A stretch of 64,000 nt of DNA. It comes from an uncultured Pseudomonadales bacterium. GTDB lineage: Bacteria > Patescibacteriota > Microgenomatia > UBA1400 > RBG-16-45-19. The stretch spans positions 4,434 through 68,433 of the forward strand of contig CAYYKL010000005.1 in assembly GCA_964441155.1 (NCBI GenBank), read 5' to 3'. Position numbers and translations under genes: made by a program. Within the stretch, counting starts at the first letter, position 1; each line of letters starts with the position of its first letter. Below, piece after piece: positions 38,408-48,688 of the stretch. The notes beneath the pieces were generated by a model. It was not told the origin of the DNA, ran no database searches, and saw only the letters and a list, made by a program, of their open reading frames with translations.

Positions 38408-38986
38408 TCAAGGAATAAACAGAGCTGGGGCAAATAAGGCGAGAGCAATCGCAATGCCAAGGAAAACCTGGAACACCGTATGCTGTTTGTCAATGATCCG
38501 GGCTAAACCGACAACGAGTGGGATCCAGGCAAGCGCATAACCCCATGGACCCAAGCGCCAAATGGCAATTAGTACCAGAATCGTGTTCACGCCCGCGTGG
38601 ATACTCACCTTCATGAATCGCGTGAGCAGGGCGTAGGTCAAAAGCACAAGCCAAAGGAGCGTCAATTGATACGCCAAGGGGAATAATTGCCACCAATAGG
38701 AGGCAGCAACGCCAAAAAGATGAATAATGATAATGTCACGAAACAAAGGCAAGCGCAGTTCGCGCCTCGATATATCCGGATCGTTGATTCGCTTAGTAGA
38801 AAGCATCCAAAAATAAATTAATCCCGGCAATCCCAGATAAACCATGATTAATAATCCAAACTGAACTAAGCTCACTTCAGCTTGGAGATATGCAGCACCG
38901 ATGGTGCTCAAAAAAATTATAGGGATGACAATGAGGGGGTCAAAAATGTTGGAAAGAACTTGGGCAACTTTTCGCATACCAATCAT
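38408..38986 (-). CDS. PAP2-like membrane phosphatase
   Basis: KVSIH and ARIIDKQHT..QV motifs in a multi-TM protein. Confidence 0.6.
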   Translation of the reverse strand: MIGMRKVAQVLSNIFDPLIVIPIIFLSTIGAAYLQAEVSLVQFGLLIMVYLGLPGLIYFWMLSTKRINDPDISRRELRLPLFRDIIIIHLFGVAASYWWQLFPLAYQLTLLWLVLLTYALLTRFMKVSIHAGVNTILVLIAIWRLGPWGYALAWIPLVVGLARIIDKQHTVFQVFLGIAIALALFAPALFIP

Positions 38987-39043
38987 CCTATCATTGATAG
39001 GAATCAGTTCAAATGAGTTTGAATCTGTGCAAAGTGTATCTGC

Positions 39044-40114
39044 CTAGCTCAAGCCGCGCACCACTTTCACTCGCTTCAAAAGAACCAAATCTTCCAGCAC
39101 TTTGCCACAGCCACGAACCACACCCGTCATGGGGTCTTCCATGCGCCAAACAGGCATTTTGGTTTCAGCCGCCACCAGTTCCTCTAAGCCTCTAAGCATC
39201 GATGTGCCTCCAGCCAAAACGACACCGTGTTGCAAAATATCGGCCACGAGTTCCGGTGGAGTTTCCTCGAGTGTGTCAAGTATGCCCTGCACAATTTGTT
39301 GGACAACTGGTGCTAATGCCTCACGAATTTCTGTGCTATTAAATTTCATGGACCGAGGTAGTCCAGTACTCAGGTCGCGACCACGAACAACGGTTTGCAA
39401 GATTTCGCCCGCGCTGCCCTTGGAGCTGTCTCCAAATCGTGCGGCACTTCCAATAGACATTTTGACCAACTCTGCAGTTGTCTCGCCAATCAGCAATCCA
39501 TATTTAATACGGGCGAAACGGATGATTGCTTCATCACACTCGTCCCCTGCCACACGTAAACTTCGATTGATTACCAATCCTCCTAAAGATATGACAGCAA
39601 TTTCAGCTGTGCCTCCACCGATATCCACAATCATTCTGCCCTCTGGAGCCACCACGTTAAGACCCGCTCCTATCGCCGCTGCCATTGGCTCTTCAATTAA
39701 ATACGCCTCTCGAGCACCGGCACTCAGAGCTGCTTCCTGAACTGCTCGCCGCTCGACTTCAGTTACACCCGATGGAATGCCAATCACCACACGTGGACGA
39801 GGAATTCGGCGCCAAAATCCTCCATCTTCATGAACACGTTTGATGTAATAGGCAAGCATGGCTTCTGCTGCATCAAAATCCGCAATCACACCGTCTCGCA
39901 ATGGTCGCAGTGCTTCAATATTTGCTGGAGTTTTGCCCACCATTCGCTTTGCCTCTTTGCCGATTGCGAGTACTGCCCCTGTTTGTGTGTGACGAGCGAC
40001 CACTGAGGGCTCTTTAATCACAATGCCTTTGCCCTTCACCAAAACAAGCGTATTGGCTGTACCCAAGTCAATGCCGACATCGTAGCTAAAAAGTCCTAAC
40101 AAGTGATTGATCAT
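39044..40114 (-). CDS. mreB: Rod-shape-determining protein MreB
   Basis: GIDLGTANT, EPSVVA, IEEPMAAAIGAG, DIGGGT, PPELVADI. Confidence 0.98.
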   Translation of the reverse strand: MINHLLGLFSYDVGIDLGTANTLVLVKGKGIVIKEPSVVARHTQTGAVLAIGKEAKRMVGKTPANIEALRPLRDGVIADFDAAEAMLAYYIKRVHEDGGFWRRIPRPRVVIGIPSGVTEVERRAVQEAALSAGAREAYLIEEPMAAAIGAGLNVVAPEGRMIVDIGGGTAEIAVISLGGLVINRSLRVAGDECDEAIIRFARIKYGLLIGETTAELVKMSIGSAARFGDSSKGSAGEILQTVVRGRDLSTGLPRSMKFNSTEIREALAPVVQQIVQGILDTLEETPPELVADILQHGVVLAGGTSMLRGLEELVAAETKMPVWRMEDPMTGVVRGCGKVLEDLVLLKRVKVVRGLS

Positions 40115-40268
40115 TGCAATTCCATACTATTTCCGTAGTAATGCGTAAAAAACTCAGGCCTATTATCGCATGCATTGTCACTTGCTTGCCTTGCAATTCA
40201 TGGCAAGATCAGACTGAGGCAAAACCGCGTCATACACATTTGGGTCACCATTGATTACAATATGATCT

Positions 40269-42521
40269 ATGATTGACCGCTTCAGCCGAACGTTTATTGT
40301 CTTTGCCTTTCATTTTTTGCTCCTTGTTACCCCGTTTGTTTGGAGTAGCACTAATTTCGAATTGTTTGAATATCCCAAAATGATGCTCACCTACTTAGTG
40401 ACACTTTTAATCGTGTTTGCCTGGGGATTGCGCATGATTATTGGCAAGAAACTCATTCTTAAGAAAAGTTTTTGGGATGTGCCAATTCTGCTCTTTTTCA
40501 CGTCCCAATTAATTTCGACCATCACCTCAATCGACATGCATACGAGTATTTGGGGTTATTATTCTCGCTTTCATGGCGGTCTGGCTTCAACAATTACCTA
40601 CATCACCCTTTATTATGCAGCTGTTAGTAATATCAAAAAACGGGAAGTCATCCCGCTGCTTATCACCACTAGTGTAGCCATGGTCTCGACCAGTTTATAC
40701 AGCTTTGGCGAACATTTTGGCTACTCACCCTCCTGCTTTAGAATTCGAGGTGAACTTGGAGTCTCGTGTTGGATTCAAGATGTGCAAAGCAGGGTCTACG
40801 GCACCTTTGGCCAGCCAAATTGGCAAGCCGCTTATATTGTGACCACACTCTTTCTCCCTCTCGCCTTTACCTTTGATAGATCGCTTAGCAAAAAAGCAGC
40901 AGCGCTAAAATCAAACAACAATCACAACTCCTCTGGAATAAAAGCGTTGGTGCAAAAAAATACCAAGCTTTTAGCTCTTGTTGCCTACTCGCTGGGATTT
41001 TGTGTGCTCATATTCACCAAATCTCGCTCAGGCCTGGCTGGAATGGCGCTAGGGTATGGCATTTTCTGGCTCTTACAAAGCGCGCTTGGTTTTGGCTTGC
41101 GACACAAACAGCCTGACTTATTCAAACAAACGATTCGTTCCTTTCTGCTCGTGACGATTGTATCGCTCATAATTGGAGCTTCTTTTGGTAAGGGTGTCTG
41201 GCAACCGTTAGATAAAATCTTTTTTAATCGATTCGATCAAAGTGCCGCTCCTGCGCCCGACCAACAACCACTTACACCCACAACCGTTGCCGCTCCAGCC
41301 GGAGGCACAGAATCCGGAGAAATTCGAAAAATTGTCTGGCAAGGAGCGCTGGATTTGTGGCGTGCCTACCCATGGTTTGGCTCTGGTGTAGAAACATTCG
41401 CTTATTCCTATTATCAGGTTAGGCCAGTTGCTCACAACATGGTGTCTGAGTGGGATTTCTTATACAACAAAGCGCATAATGAGTTTTTAAACTTTTTAGC
41501 TACCACCGGTTTGGTTGGCTTAATAGCCTATCTAGTGCTTTTAGCCGGGATAGTGTGGGGCGCAGCAGTACTCGCACTTAATCGAGTTCAATCAATTAAA
41601 GCCTCAAAATCTCCGACTTCAAATGATCAAAGTTTGGCAACCGAACATCTTACACAAATTCGCATTTCTAGCGCCTTGGTCAGTGGCCTCACTGCACTGA
41701 GTGTTTCAAATTTCTTTGGCTTTTCCACGGTTAATGTGGCCACACTTTTGTTTCTGTTCCCCGCTTTTGTGGCCCTCCTCATGCAAACTGAGACAATTGA
41801 AAAAACTGAACAGAAACGCGAGCAGTTTAATTTCTCTCAAGGTTTAGGCATTCTCATGCTTTCCTTAGCATTGCTCTTTGCAAGCTACACACTGGGGAAG
41901 ATGTATAGAGCTGACCAACTTTTTTCTAGCGGTTCAGCATTGCTTGATACTGATAAGTTGTCTCCTGGGTTGCAGGATTTAGCAAAAGCCAGTATCGCCG
42001 TTCCCAATGAACCAAAATACGCCGAAGAATTGTCTTTGGCAACCGCACAGGTGGCAGCTAGTTTGCACTCGATGAACCAAGCAACGGCCGCGGCCAAACT
42101 CGCTGTTCAAGCCGAAGCTATTTCTGATCAAACACTTGAGCTTAATCCCTATCACCTCAATCACTATAAAACGCGGGCTCGAGTCTTTGTCTTGCTGGCA
42201 GAGATTGAGCAAGCATTTATTGAGAAAGCAGTGGCCACCCTTGAAGCTGCCACCACCCTGGCACCCACAGATGCCAAAATTTGGTACAATCTTGGCTTGC
42301 TCTATGACCAAACTGAACAAATTGATAAAGCCAGAACTTCGTACGAGCACACAATTGCGCTTAAAAGCAATTATGAACAAGCCCTAATCTCTTTGGCACA
42401 ATTACTCGAAAAACAACAAGATGCTTCGGCTGCCGCCAAAATCTATGAAACTATTTTATCCACCATCAATGCGCAAAACCCCGAGGCAATTGATCGTTTA
42501 GGAAAATTGCAGCAAAAATAA
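40269..42521 (+). CDS. O-antigen-ligase-family membrane protein with C-terminal TPRs
   Basis: GTFGQPNW, TKSRSG, IRKIVW, GSGVETF, AHNEFL..GLVG; TPR tail. Confidence 0.85.
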   Translation: MIDRFSRTFIVFAFHFLLLVTPFVWSSTNFELFEYPKMMLTYLVTLLIVFAWGLRMIIGKKLILKKSFWDVPILLFFTSQLISTITSIDMHTSIWGYYSRFHGGLASTITYITLYYAAVSNIKKREVIPLLITTSVAMVSTSLYSFGEHFGYSPSCFRIRGELGVSCWIQDVQSRVYGTFGQPNWQAAYIVTTLFLPLAFTFDRSLSKKAAALKSNNNHNSSGIKALVQKNTKLLALVAYSLGFCVLIFTKSRSGLAGMALGYGIFWLLQSALGFGLRHKQPDLFKQTIRSFLLVTIVSLIIGASFGKGVWQPLDKIFFNRFDQSAAPAPDQQPLTPTTVAAPAGGTESGEIRKIVWQGALDLWRAYPWFGSGVETFAYSYYQVRPVAHNMVSEWDFLYNKAHNEFLNFLATTGLVGLIAYLVLLAGIVWGAAVLALNRVQSIKASKSPTSNDQSLATEHLTQIRISSALVSGLTALSVSNFFGFSTVNVATLLFLFPAFVALLMQTETIEKTEQKREQFNFSQGLGILMLSLALLFASYTLGKMYRADQLFSSGSALLDTDKLSPGLQDLAKASIAVPNEPKYAEELSLATAQVAASLHSMNQATAAAKLAVQAEAISDQTLELNPYHLNHYKTRARVFVLLAEIEQAFIEKAVATLEAATTLAPTDAKIWYNLGLLYDQTEQIDKARTSYEHTIALKSNYEQALISLAQLLEKQQDASAAAKIYETILSTINAQNPEAIDRLGKLQQK

Positions 42522-42524
42522 TCT

Positions 42525-43148
42525 ATGCAACCACTTCCCCTTGTCCTCGTTCCCGATAATCGCTTACGACTTAAATCGAAGCCTGTTGAGCGCATTGACG
42601 CGAAACTGCTTACCTTTCTCAACGCATTGGCTCAATCACTCCTCACCAAAACTGATCCCCCCGGAGTAGGATTATCGGCAATTCAAGTGGGTGAACCGCT
42701 CAGGCTTTTCGCCACCTATATGCCACGAGATGTAAGTTTGCCATTAAAAGCCTGGAAACCGGAAAATCAAGAAATTGTGTTTATGATCAACCCCGAGATC
42801 AAAGCAGTCACCCCTGGTGGAAAAACGTTGGGCGGAACGAGCGAAAAACCGTATTACGAAGGCTGCTTGTCAATTCCAAAGCTCTATGGCCCGGTATATC
42901 GCTACTATGGCTTGAGTCTTGAATATTTAAGCTTTGATTTTAAGCTCGGATCAACTGAAATCCCTACTCTGTCCAAGCACACAACCAAATTTGTTGACTT
43001 CCCGGCCCGCGTAATCCAGCACGAATTAGATCATCTGGATGGAATTCTTTTCACCGATCACACGCTCAAAGACGATTTGCCGCTTTTCTATGACACTCCT
43101 GAGGGCTTAGAACCCATCGACAATCCAAAATTAGAGATTACCTGGTAG
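42525..43148 (+). CDS. def: Peptide deformylase
   Basis: GVGLSAIQVG, EGCLSIP, QHELDHLDG. Confidence 0.96.
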   Translation: MQPLPLVLVPDNRLRLKSKPVERIDAKLLTFLNALAQSLLTKTDPPGVGLSAIQVGEPLRLFATYMPRDVSLPLKAWKPENQEIVFMINPEIKAVTPGGKTLGGTSEKPYYEGCLSIPKLYGPVYRYYGLSLEYLSFDFKLGSTEIPTLSKHTTKFVDFPARVIQHELDHLDGILFTDHTLKDDLPLFYDTPEGLEPIDNPKLEITW

Positions 43149-43151
43149 TCT

Positions 43152-44096
43152 ATGAAGCCATCAATTGTTTTCTTCGGTTCGTTTCAACACTACTCGACTT
43201 ATATCGCCCAAGCTTTGCTTGAAAGCAAATATTTAAACCTAACCGCAATCGTCACGACACCGCCACTTCCAAATGACACCAATGGTGTTCATGCACTCGC
43301 AATTACTAATTCAATTCCAGTGCTCACTCCGGACTCGCTTGAGTCACTTGATCCTTATGAGCAATTCAGCAAATTGCCTGAAATTGATCTATTTGTAACC
43401 GCGGGCTTCGGCAAGCTCTTGCCTGTGAATTGGTTAAACTTCCCCAAGTTTGGCGCGCTCAACCTTCATTTTTCGATCCTCCCCAAATATCGTGGTGCCA
43501 ACCCCGCAGAATATGCCATTTTGAGAGGCGAAACTGAATCAGGCATAACCCTTATCGAAATGGGAACCGAGTTTGACACCGGCAGCATTCTCTCTCAAGC
43601 AACGATCGACATTGAAGCTCAAGAAACTCGAGAAACGCTCTATGAAAAACTGTATCGGCTTGGCTCCGATTGCATAGAAACAATGATTTCCGAATACCTA
43701 GAACGCAGAACTTCGGACTTCGCACCGGGTATTCCTCAGCCCCAATCCTCCCCCACCCCCGAAGCCAAACGTTTGCATAGGAGAGATGGATTTGTGTCCT
43801 GGGAAACACTGGTCAAACTTATGCGTGGAGAAGCTATTGAGCCAACGGAGTTGCCAACTGCCTGTCAGAAAGCTAAGGTTGAGTACAAAAGACCAGAAAC
43901 GATAGAGCGAGCAAGTCGAGCGCTTTATGGCTTCCCTAGCCTTTGGACTCGAATACCCACAAACAAAGGTAAAAAAATGATGAAGCTTTTCTCAACCAAA
44001 GCAAATGCCAATCGGTTAGAATTGGTTGATGTTCAAGTTGAGGGACAGCAAATTGCTCGCTTTAATCAAATAAAGAACGTGATTGTTTCAGACTAA
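43152..44096 (+). CDS. fmt: Methionyl-tRNA formyltransferase
   Basis: NLHFSILPKYRGANP, FDTG; downstream of def. Confidence 0.92.
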   Translation: MKPSIVFFGSFQHYSTYIAQALLESKYLNLTAIVTTPPLPNDTNGVHALAITNSIPVLTPDSLESLDPYEQFSKLPEIDLFVTAGFGKLLPVNWLNFPKFGALNLHFSILPKYRGANPAEYAILRGETESGITLIEMGTEFDTGSILSQATIDIEAQETRETLYEKLYRLGSDCIETMISEYLERRTSDFAPGIPQPQSSPTPEAKRLHRRDGFVSWETLVKLMRGEAIEPTELPTACQKAKVEYKRPETIERASRALYGFPSLWTRIPTNKGKKMMKLFSTKANANRLELVDVQVEGQQIARFNQIKNVIVSD

Positions 44097-44105
44097 CGAC
44101 TATCT

Positions 44106-44681
44106 ATGCATATTGCACTTTTTGGTGGCGCATTCGACCCGCCACACAACGGACACAAGCTTGTTGCCAACACTTTAATTGAAAAAAAAGTAGTCGATGA
44201 AGTGTGGTTTGTGCCCGTGTTCGAGCATCCTTGGGCCAAACAATTGGGCAAATCATTTATGTCCGATTATACTCATCGCCTGCACATGATCAAATTGCTT
44301 TGCACAACCGACGCGCTCAAAACTCAAGAGTTTCGCGGTGTAAGTTATACCTTCGACACGCTTGAATTTTTCTCAAAAAAATTCCCTCAACATCATTTTT
44401 CTTGGGTCATGGGTTCAGAGTACTTGCCCAAGTTCGATGCCTTTTTGAGCATGCACCCTGGTCTGGCCAACTACCAAATCTATATTTATCCCCGAGCTGG
44501 ACATCCGATGACAGGTTTGCGAGAAAACATGGTTGGTTTGCATGATGTGGGTGAGATTGACGTTTCCTCAACACGAGTTAGAAACCAGGTATTTGCTCAT
44601 CAATCAATTAGCGATCTCGTGCCAAGTGTTATCGAGGCATATGTGGTCAAGCACAACTTATTTGAGGCAAAGGCATATTGA
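44106..44681 (+). CDS. nadD: Nicotinate-nucleotide adenylyltransferase
   Basis: GGAFDPPHNGH, SYTFDTL, VSSTRVR. Confidence 0.88.
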   Translation: MHIALFGGAFDPPHNGHKLVANTLIEKKVVDEVWFVPVFEHPWAKQLGKSFMSDYTHRLHMIKLLCTTDALKTQEFRGVSYTFDTLEFFSKKFPQHHFSWVMGSEYLPKFDAFLSMHPGLANYQIYIYPRAGHPMTGLRENMVGLHDVGEIDVSSTRVRNQVFAHQSISDLVPSVIEAYVVKHNLFEAKAY

Positions 44682-44698
44682 GGGCTTACAATAGAGCT

Positions 44699-45181
44699 AT
44701 GCAACAAATCGAAAACGCAACTCAAGGGGTGCTCCTCTATCCTCGCTCGATTGAAACCTTAGCTAGTGCTCTTCGCACACTTAAAAAAAAGCATTCCCTT
44801 TCTCACCTGACACTATTGGTTGTGGCGCAGCGCCAAGACTCAATCGACTATAGCGCATTGCAATCAATTCTTGATCTGGAATTTCCCCAAGAAAAAAATG
44901 AAATCGTGACTATTCCACTCAAGGGTATCATGCAAAAATCATGGAGCACGCTTAAGCGGCACATTGCTTTTGAGCCAATGCCCGTCACTAATGACGAGAA
45001 TCGAAAAAATAAAATGAGAGTAATTACTCTGCACCAGAGTAGCTTGATTCAACACCTAGCGACCAAACTAGAGAGGTCGTTGCTAGAAATCTATTGCTTG
45101 CACATGGGAAAAGTAGGCTTCGTAGCCAAGGTTAGCCAATCAGCCGCGGCAAAAACCGAGCTTGAAATAATTGAGCTATAA
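44699..45181 (+). CDS. Hypothetical protein
   Basis: ORF downstream of nadD; no motif recognised. Confidence 0.55.
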   Translation: MQQIENATQGVLLYPRSIETLASALRTLKKKHSLSHLTLLVVAQRQDSIDYSALQSILDLEFPQEKNEIVTIPLKGIMQKSWSTLKRHIAFEPMPVTNDENRKNKMRVITLHQSSLIQHLATKLERSLLEIYCLHMGKVGFVAKVSQSAAAKTELEIIEL

Positions 45182-45204
45182 CTAATAAACCTGAAAAGTA
45201 GAGG

Positions 45205-45423
45205 TTATTCAGCTTGTTTGGGCTGCCAGTGAGTGGTCATGCCATCACGTCTAAGCTGGCGAATGAGCTTGACAGGAAGCAAGCATTTTTTCTTGACCCC
45301 ATCGATAAGCAAGGTCACCGCGTGCAGATTTCTGCGAAAGGGACGTTTGGTTCGGTTTTTGGCGTGAGACACATTATTTCCAATGTGAGCCACTTTTTCA
45401 AATTTGATGTGATAAGAAGCCAT
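45205..45423 (-). CDS. rpmB: 50S ribosomal protein L28 (cysteine-free form)
   Basis: GNNVSHAKNRTKRPFRRNL. Confidence 0.93.
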   Translation of the reverse strand: MASYHIKFEKVAHIGNNVSHAKNRTKRPFRRNLHAVTLLIDGVKKKCLLPVKLIRQLRRDGMTTHWQPKQAE

Positions 45424-45497
45424 AGTGTTACAATCCTACAAGTATCGTTATAATCAGTGCGAAGCGCTTATTCTAGCAAATCATGAGGATTTTGTGA

Positions 45498-46130
45498 ATG
45501 ATTGAACTTGTTTTGTGGCTTATCGCCATTGCCATTGCCATCACGATTCATGAGTTTGCTCATGCACTCGCAGCTGATCGTCTTGGTGATCCAACTGCAC
45601 GATTGTCAGATCGCCTTTCTCTTAATCCACTCAAACACTATGACAATGTCGGCACCACTCTGCTTATTTTAAGCGCCGTTTTTAGCTCGTTTGGTGGCGG
45701 GGGTTTCATTTTTGGCTGGGCTAAGCCTGTACCCTACGACCCGTATAATCTCGAAAACCCGAAGCGTGGCGCACTCATTATTGCTCTTGCTGGACCACTC
45801 TCCAATTTTATCTTGGCCATTGGCTTAAGCTTGCTGCTTAAATTAGGCTTAAATGAAATTCCTCTGCTCACTGATCTCATGGTGAGTTTATTGATGGTGA
45901 ATGTCAGTTTGGGTATTTTTAATTTACTTCCCATTCAACCATTGGATGGCAGTAAAATTCTCTATGGCTTATTACCCCAAGATTGGGCCGATGAATACGA
46001 GGATTTTATGCGCATGTACGGCACAGGCATCCTAATGATTTCAATCTTACCCCTATTCAATGGTCGCTCCCTGGTTTCCACCATCGTGAGCCCGGCAATT
46101 ATCTTTGTTCTCAAGTTACTTTTAGGATAA
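45498..46130 (+). CDS. Site-2 protease family (M50) protein
   Basis: HEFAH, LGDPT, FGWAKPVP, AGPLSN, FNLLPIQPLDGS. Confidence 0.92.
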   Translation: MIELVLWLIAIAIAITIHEFAHALAADRLGDPTARLSDRLSLNPLKHYDNVGTTLLILSAVFSSFGGGGFIFGWAKPVPYDPYNLENPKRGALIIALAGPLSNFILAIGLSLLLKLGLNEIPLLTDLMVSLLMVNVSLGIFNLLPIQPLDGSKILYGLLPQDWADEYEDFMRMYGTGILMISILPLFNGRSLVSTIVSPAIIFVLKLLLG

Positions 46131-46172
46131 GGGAATCACTACTATTTCCTGCATAAATCGTTTGCAAGGTAC

Positions 46173-46213
46173 TGTTCGAGCGTGAAGCGCGAGAACTAGG
46201 TTATACAAACTTC
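46173..46213 (+). repeat. Dispersed palindromic repeat, family A copy 5 (3'-truncated)
   Basis: TGTTCGAGCGTGAAGCGCGAGAACT..ACTTC. Confidence 0.7.
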
Positions 46214-46242
46214 AAATAGCTCTAGAAAATTGAAAACGAAAA

Positions 46243-46400
46243 ACCCCGCAAGCGCATGAGTATTAAGAGGTACTTTCCCCCTGGATACCAGGTGGGTGGA
46301 CTGTCATACATCCCGCGAGACGCATGAACGCCCGTCCTCCCGCAAGAAAGTTAAATTGTCGAGGAAAAAATCCTCTCACTCTTCGCCACTCGCAGGGCAT
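46243..46400 (-). ncRNA. ssrS: Probable 6S RNA
   Basis: Own promoter (TTGACC..TGCTACAAT); ends pair (CCCTGCGAGTG/CGCTTGCGGGG) then T-tract; A/U-rich central bubble; GGGAG and ACCCACCTG motifs like Firmicute 6S RNAs. Confidence 0.6.
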
Positions 46401-46540
46401 GACCATTGTAGCATCGGGCAGCAAGAGGTCAATGCGTAATCACTTGATAAAGCACACTTTTTCCTCAAGAAAACAATGTGCATCCAATATTTGAGTAAGG
46501 CTTAAACTTTTACTTCACTCTTCGAGTGAAACGAGAAGCT

Positions 46541-46582
46541 AAAAAAAAGAGCTCCCCCGGTAATGAATCGGACGAGCTCTTT
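46541..46582 (-). terminator. Intrinsic terminator
   Basis: AAAGAGCTC..GAGCTCTTT hairpin running into a T-tract on the minus strand. Confidence 0.7.
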
Positions 46583-46605
46583 ATATGATTTGCTATTAAA
46601 ATGCG

Positions 46606-47289
46606 TTAAGCGATTTGGCCCATTTTGACCGGGGTTGGCACTTGAGCTGTAGCTGAAAGCTGTCGATAGATATACATCGATCCAAGCATTACTGCTCCTG
46701 CGGCAACAATGCCGGGAATAATCAATAAAACAAACCCCAGCAAAACGAGTAGTGCTGAAACAAAACCGAAACCAAATAACCACATTTTCTTGCCTTGAGT
46801 CATTTCTCCACTGACTCGGAATGCCTCTTTGACACCCATACCTCTATCTACCACGAGATACGTTACATATTGGTATTTGATAGCAAAAACAATACCAGGA
46901 ACGATAAGTAGAATCATTCCCGCTATAACCAAGAGAGCATACGCAATACTGCCTAATAAATACGGCACGATTTGCTGCACACTTGTCATTAAAAATCCCT
47001 TGAATACAGCCAGCTCTTGCTTAAGGTCAGGAGTGGCCTTACCATCAACGATTCGAAGCACAAGCTTGATCTGAGCGATACCGACAAAAAGGCCAACAAT
47101 AGTAATGAGAATATTAAATACCAATGCCAAAGCTGATGAAACATTTTCTAGGCCAGAGGCGACGTAGCCGGTAATGGCATTAAAAAGAATGAGCATGAGC
47201 ATATACAGGGCTAAAAGTTTCCAGTGAGCCTTTAACTTTTCCCAGCCAAATCGCAATACCTGTGAATAACTCATCGTTACACTACTCAT
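46606..47289 (-). CDS. DUF975-like integral membrane protein
   Basis: LLIVPGI..Y..YLVVD..EAFRVSGEMTQGKK. Confidence 0.75.
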   Translation of the reverse strand: MSSVTMSYSQVLRFGWEKLKAHWKLLALYMLMLILFNAITGYVASGLENVSSALALVFNILITIVGLFVGIAQIKLVLRIVDGKATPDLKQELAVFKGFLMTSVQQIVPYLLGSIAYALLVIAGMILLIVPGIVFAIKYQYVTYLVVDRGMGVKEAFRVSGEMTQGKKMWLFGFGFVSALLVLLGFVLLIIPGIVAAGAVMLGSMYIYRQLSATAQVPTPVKMGQIA

Positions 47290-47402
47290 ACGTCTCCTTA
47301 TATAGTAAGTTAAAACACCCGTGACACCTACAGCTTATCAATAAAAACAAGATTGCATCAAGTAGCAACCGACACGTTTAAACGTTGGTAGAATTAATCA
47401 AT

Positions 47403-48302
47403 TTAAACGTTGATGGAGCGCAAAAATTCTCTAAATTCCCCACTGATATCGGGATGCTTGAGCGCAAATTCAACCACTGTTTTCAAATACTCAAGCTTGT
47501 TGCCTGTGTCATGGAATTTTCCACCTTTGATCTCGCGAACCAGAATGCGCAAATTATCTTGCAACATGAGCTTGAGTGCATCGTTGTAATAAAACTCTTC
47601 GCCCTCGGGCAAGTTTTCCATTACTTTGTCTAAATAGTTGAAAATGTCGGGAGTGAACAGAAAACCAGAGACTGTGGCATAGTCACTAGGCGCCGAATCT
47701 TTGCCTGGTTTTTCGATTAACGATTTGACATCAAGAATTCCTGGCTCAATCTCATCTCCCCCAGCAAATCCATATCGATTGTAATCATCATCGGTCTTGG
47801 CCCGCAAAGATGCCAAAACGCTGCAGCCATACTGTTCATAGGTTTCTAATAGTTGTTTAAACCGCGAGGGCTCGGCCGAAATAAAATCATCGCTCCAGGT
47901 GTAAATAAAGGGTTCATTGCCAATTAAACTTTTCACATTAAGCAGTGGCGTTCCATTGCCATAGGGTCCTTTTTGGCGCACATATACAAAATTGGCCATA
48001 TCGGCGATGCCATAGGCTTGCTCCAGCAAATGTCGCTTCTTCTCGCCACCCATTTCTAAGTTATCGATAAGTTCTCTTGACGGTGTGTCGAAATGATCTT
48101 CAATGCTGCGTTTGTGATAGCCCGTCACAATGATAATGTCCTGGATTCCGGCCTCAACCAACTCTTCGACTACGTACTGAATCACCGGCTTGTCAACGAC
48201 CGGCAACATTTCTTTAGGCATTGCCTTGGTCTGGGGCAAAAAACGAGTACCAAAGCCGGCGGCTGGAATAACTGCCTTGCGAACTTTTTTGTGATGAGCC
48301 AT
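47403..48302 (-). CDS. galU: UTP--glucose-1-phosphate uridylyltransferase
   Basis: KAVIPAAGFGTRFLPQTKAMPKEMLP, YVRQ, EKP. Confidence 0.93.
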   Translation of the reverse strand: MAHHKKVRKAVIPAAGFGTRFLPQTKAMPKEMLPVVDKPVIQYVVEELVEAGIQDIIIVTGYHKRSIEDHFDTPSRELIDNLEMGGEKKRHLLEQAYGIADMANFVYVRQKGPYGNGTPLLNVKSLIGNEPFIYTWSDDFISAEPSRFKQLLETYEQYGCSVLASLRAKTDDDYNRYGFAGGDEIEPGILDVKSLIEKPGKDSAPSDYATVSGFLFTPDIFNYLDKVMENLPEGEEFYYNDALKLMLQDNLRILVREIKGGKFHDTGNKLEYLKTVVEFALKHPDISGEFREFLRSINV

Positions 48303-48477
48303 GGAAGCCTCCTAGTTCTTATTTCAGAATCACTATTTTGATTATCTTACACGATTATTCCAACTTTTTCGCGTTACTCCAAGGCGGGTATTCCTCTTAT
48401 CCCAACTATTTGTTACAATATGCCTTTGCTTCTTTAGTGTTGAGCATGAAAAGATCTAAAAGAAGCGTGAAAATATA

Positions 48478-48669
48478 ATGAATATACTGACTAAACCACC
48501 ATTTGCGCTCCTTGCCCAAGTGAAACAAGAGTTGCAACTCACTACTTGGCCAACTCGAGAAGAAACAATTAAATTAACGGCAGTTGTTGTGTTGGTTAGT
48601 GTCGTAGTTGGCGTCTATTTAGGAGGCCTCGACTGGATACTAACATTGCTGCTCGCCCAGATTATTTAA
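48478..48669 (+). CDS. secE: Preprotein translocase subunit SecE
   Basis: ELQLTTWPTREE plus a single TM; upstream of nusG. Confidence 0.92.
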   Translation: MNILTKPPFALLAQVKQELQLTTWPTREETIKLTAVVVLVSVVVGVYLGGLDWILTLLLAQII

Positions 48670-48688
48670 ACGTAAAGGATCGTGTTAT

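Noticed and set aside
6142-46213. CRISPR array from the recurring TGTTCGAG repeats
   Set aside because: Copies are dispersed and degenerate rather than regularly spaced, and there are no cas genes.
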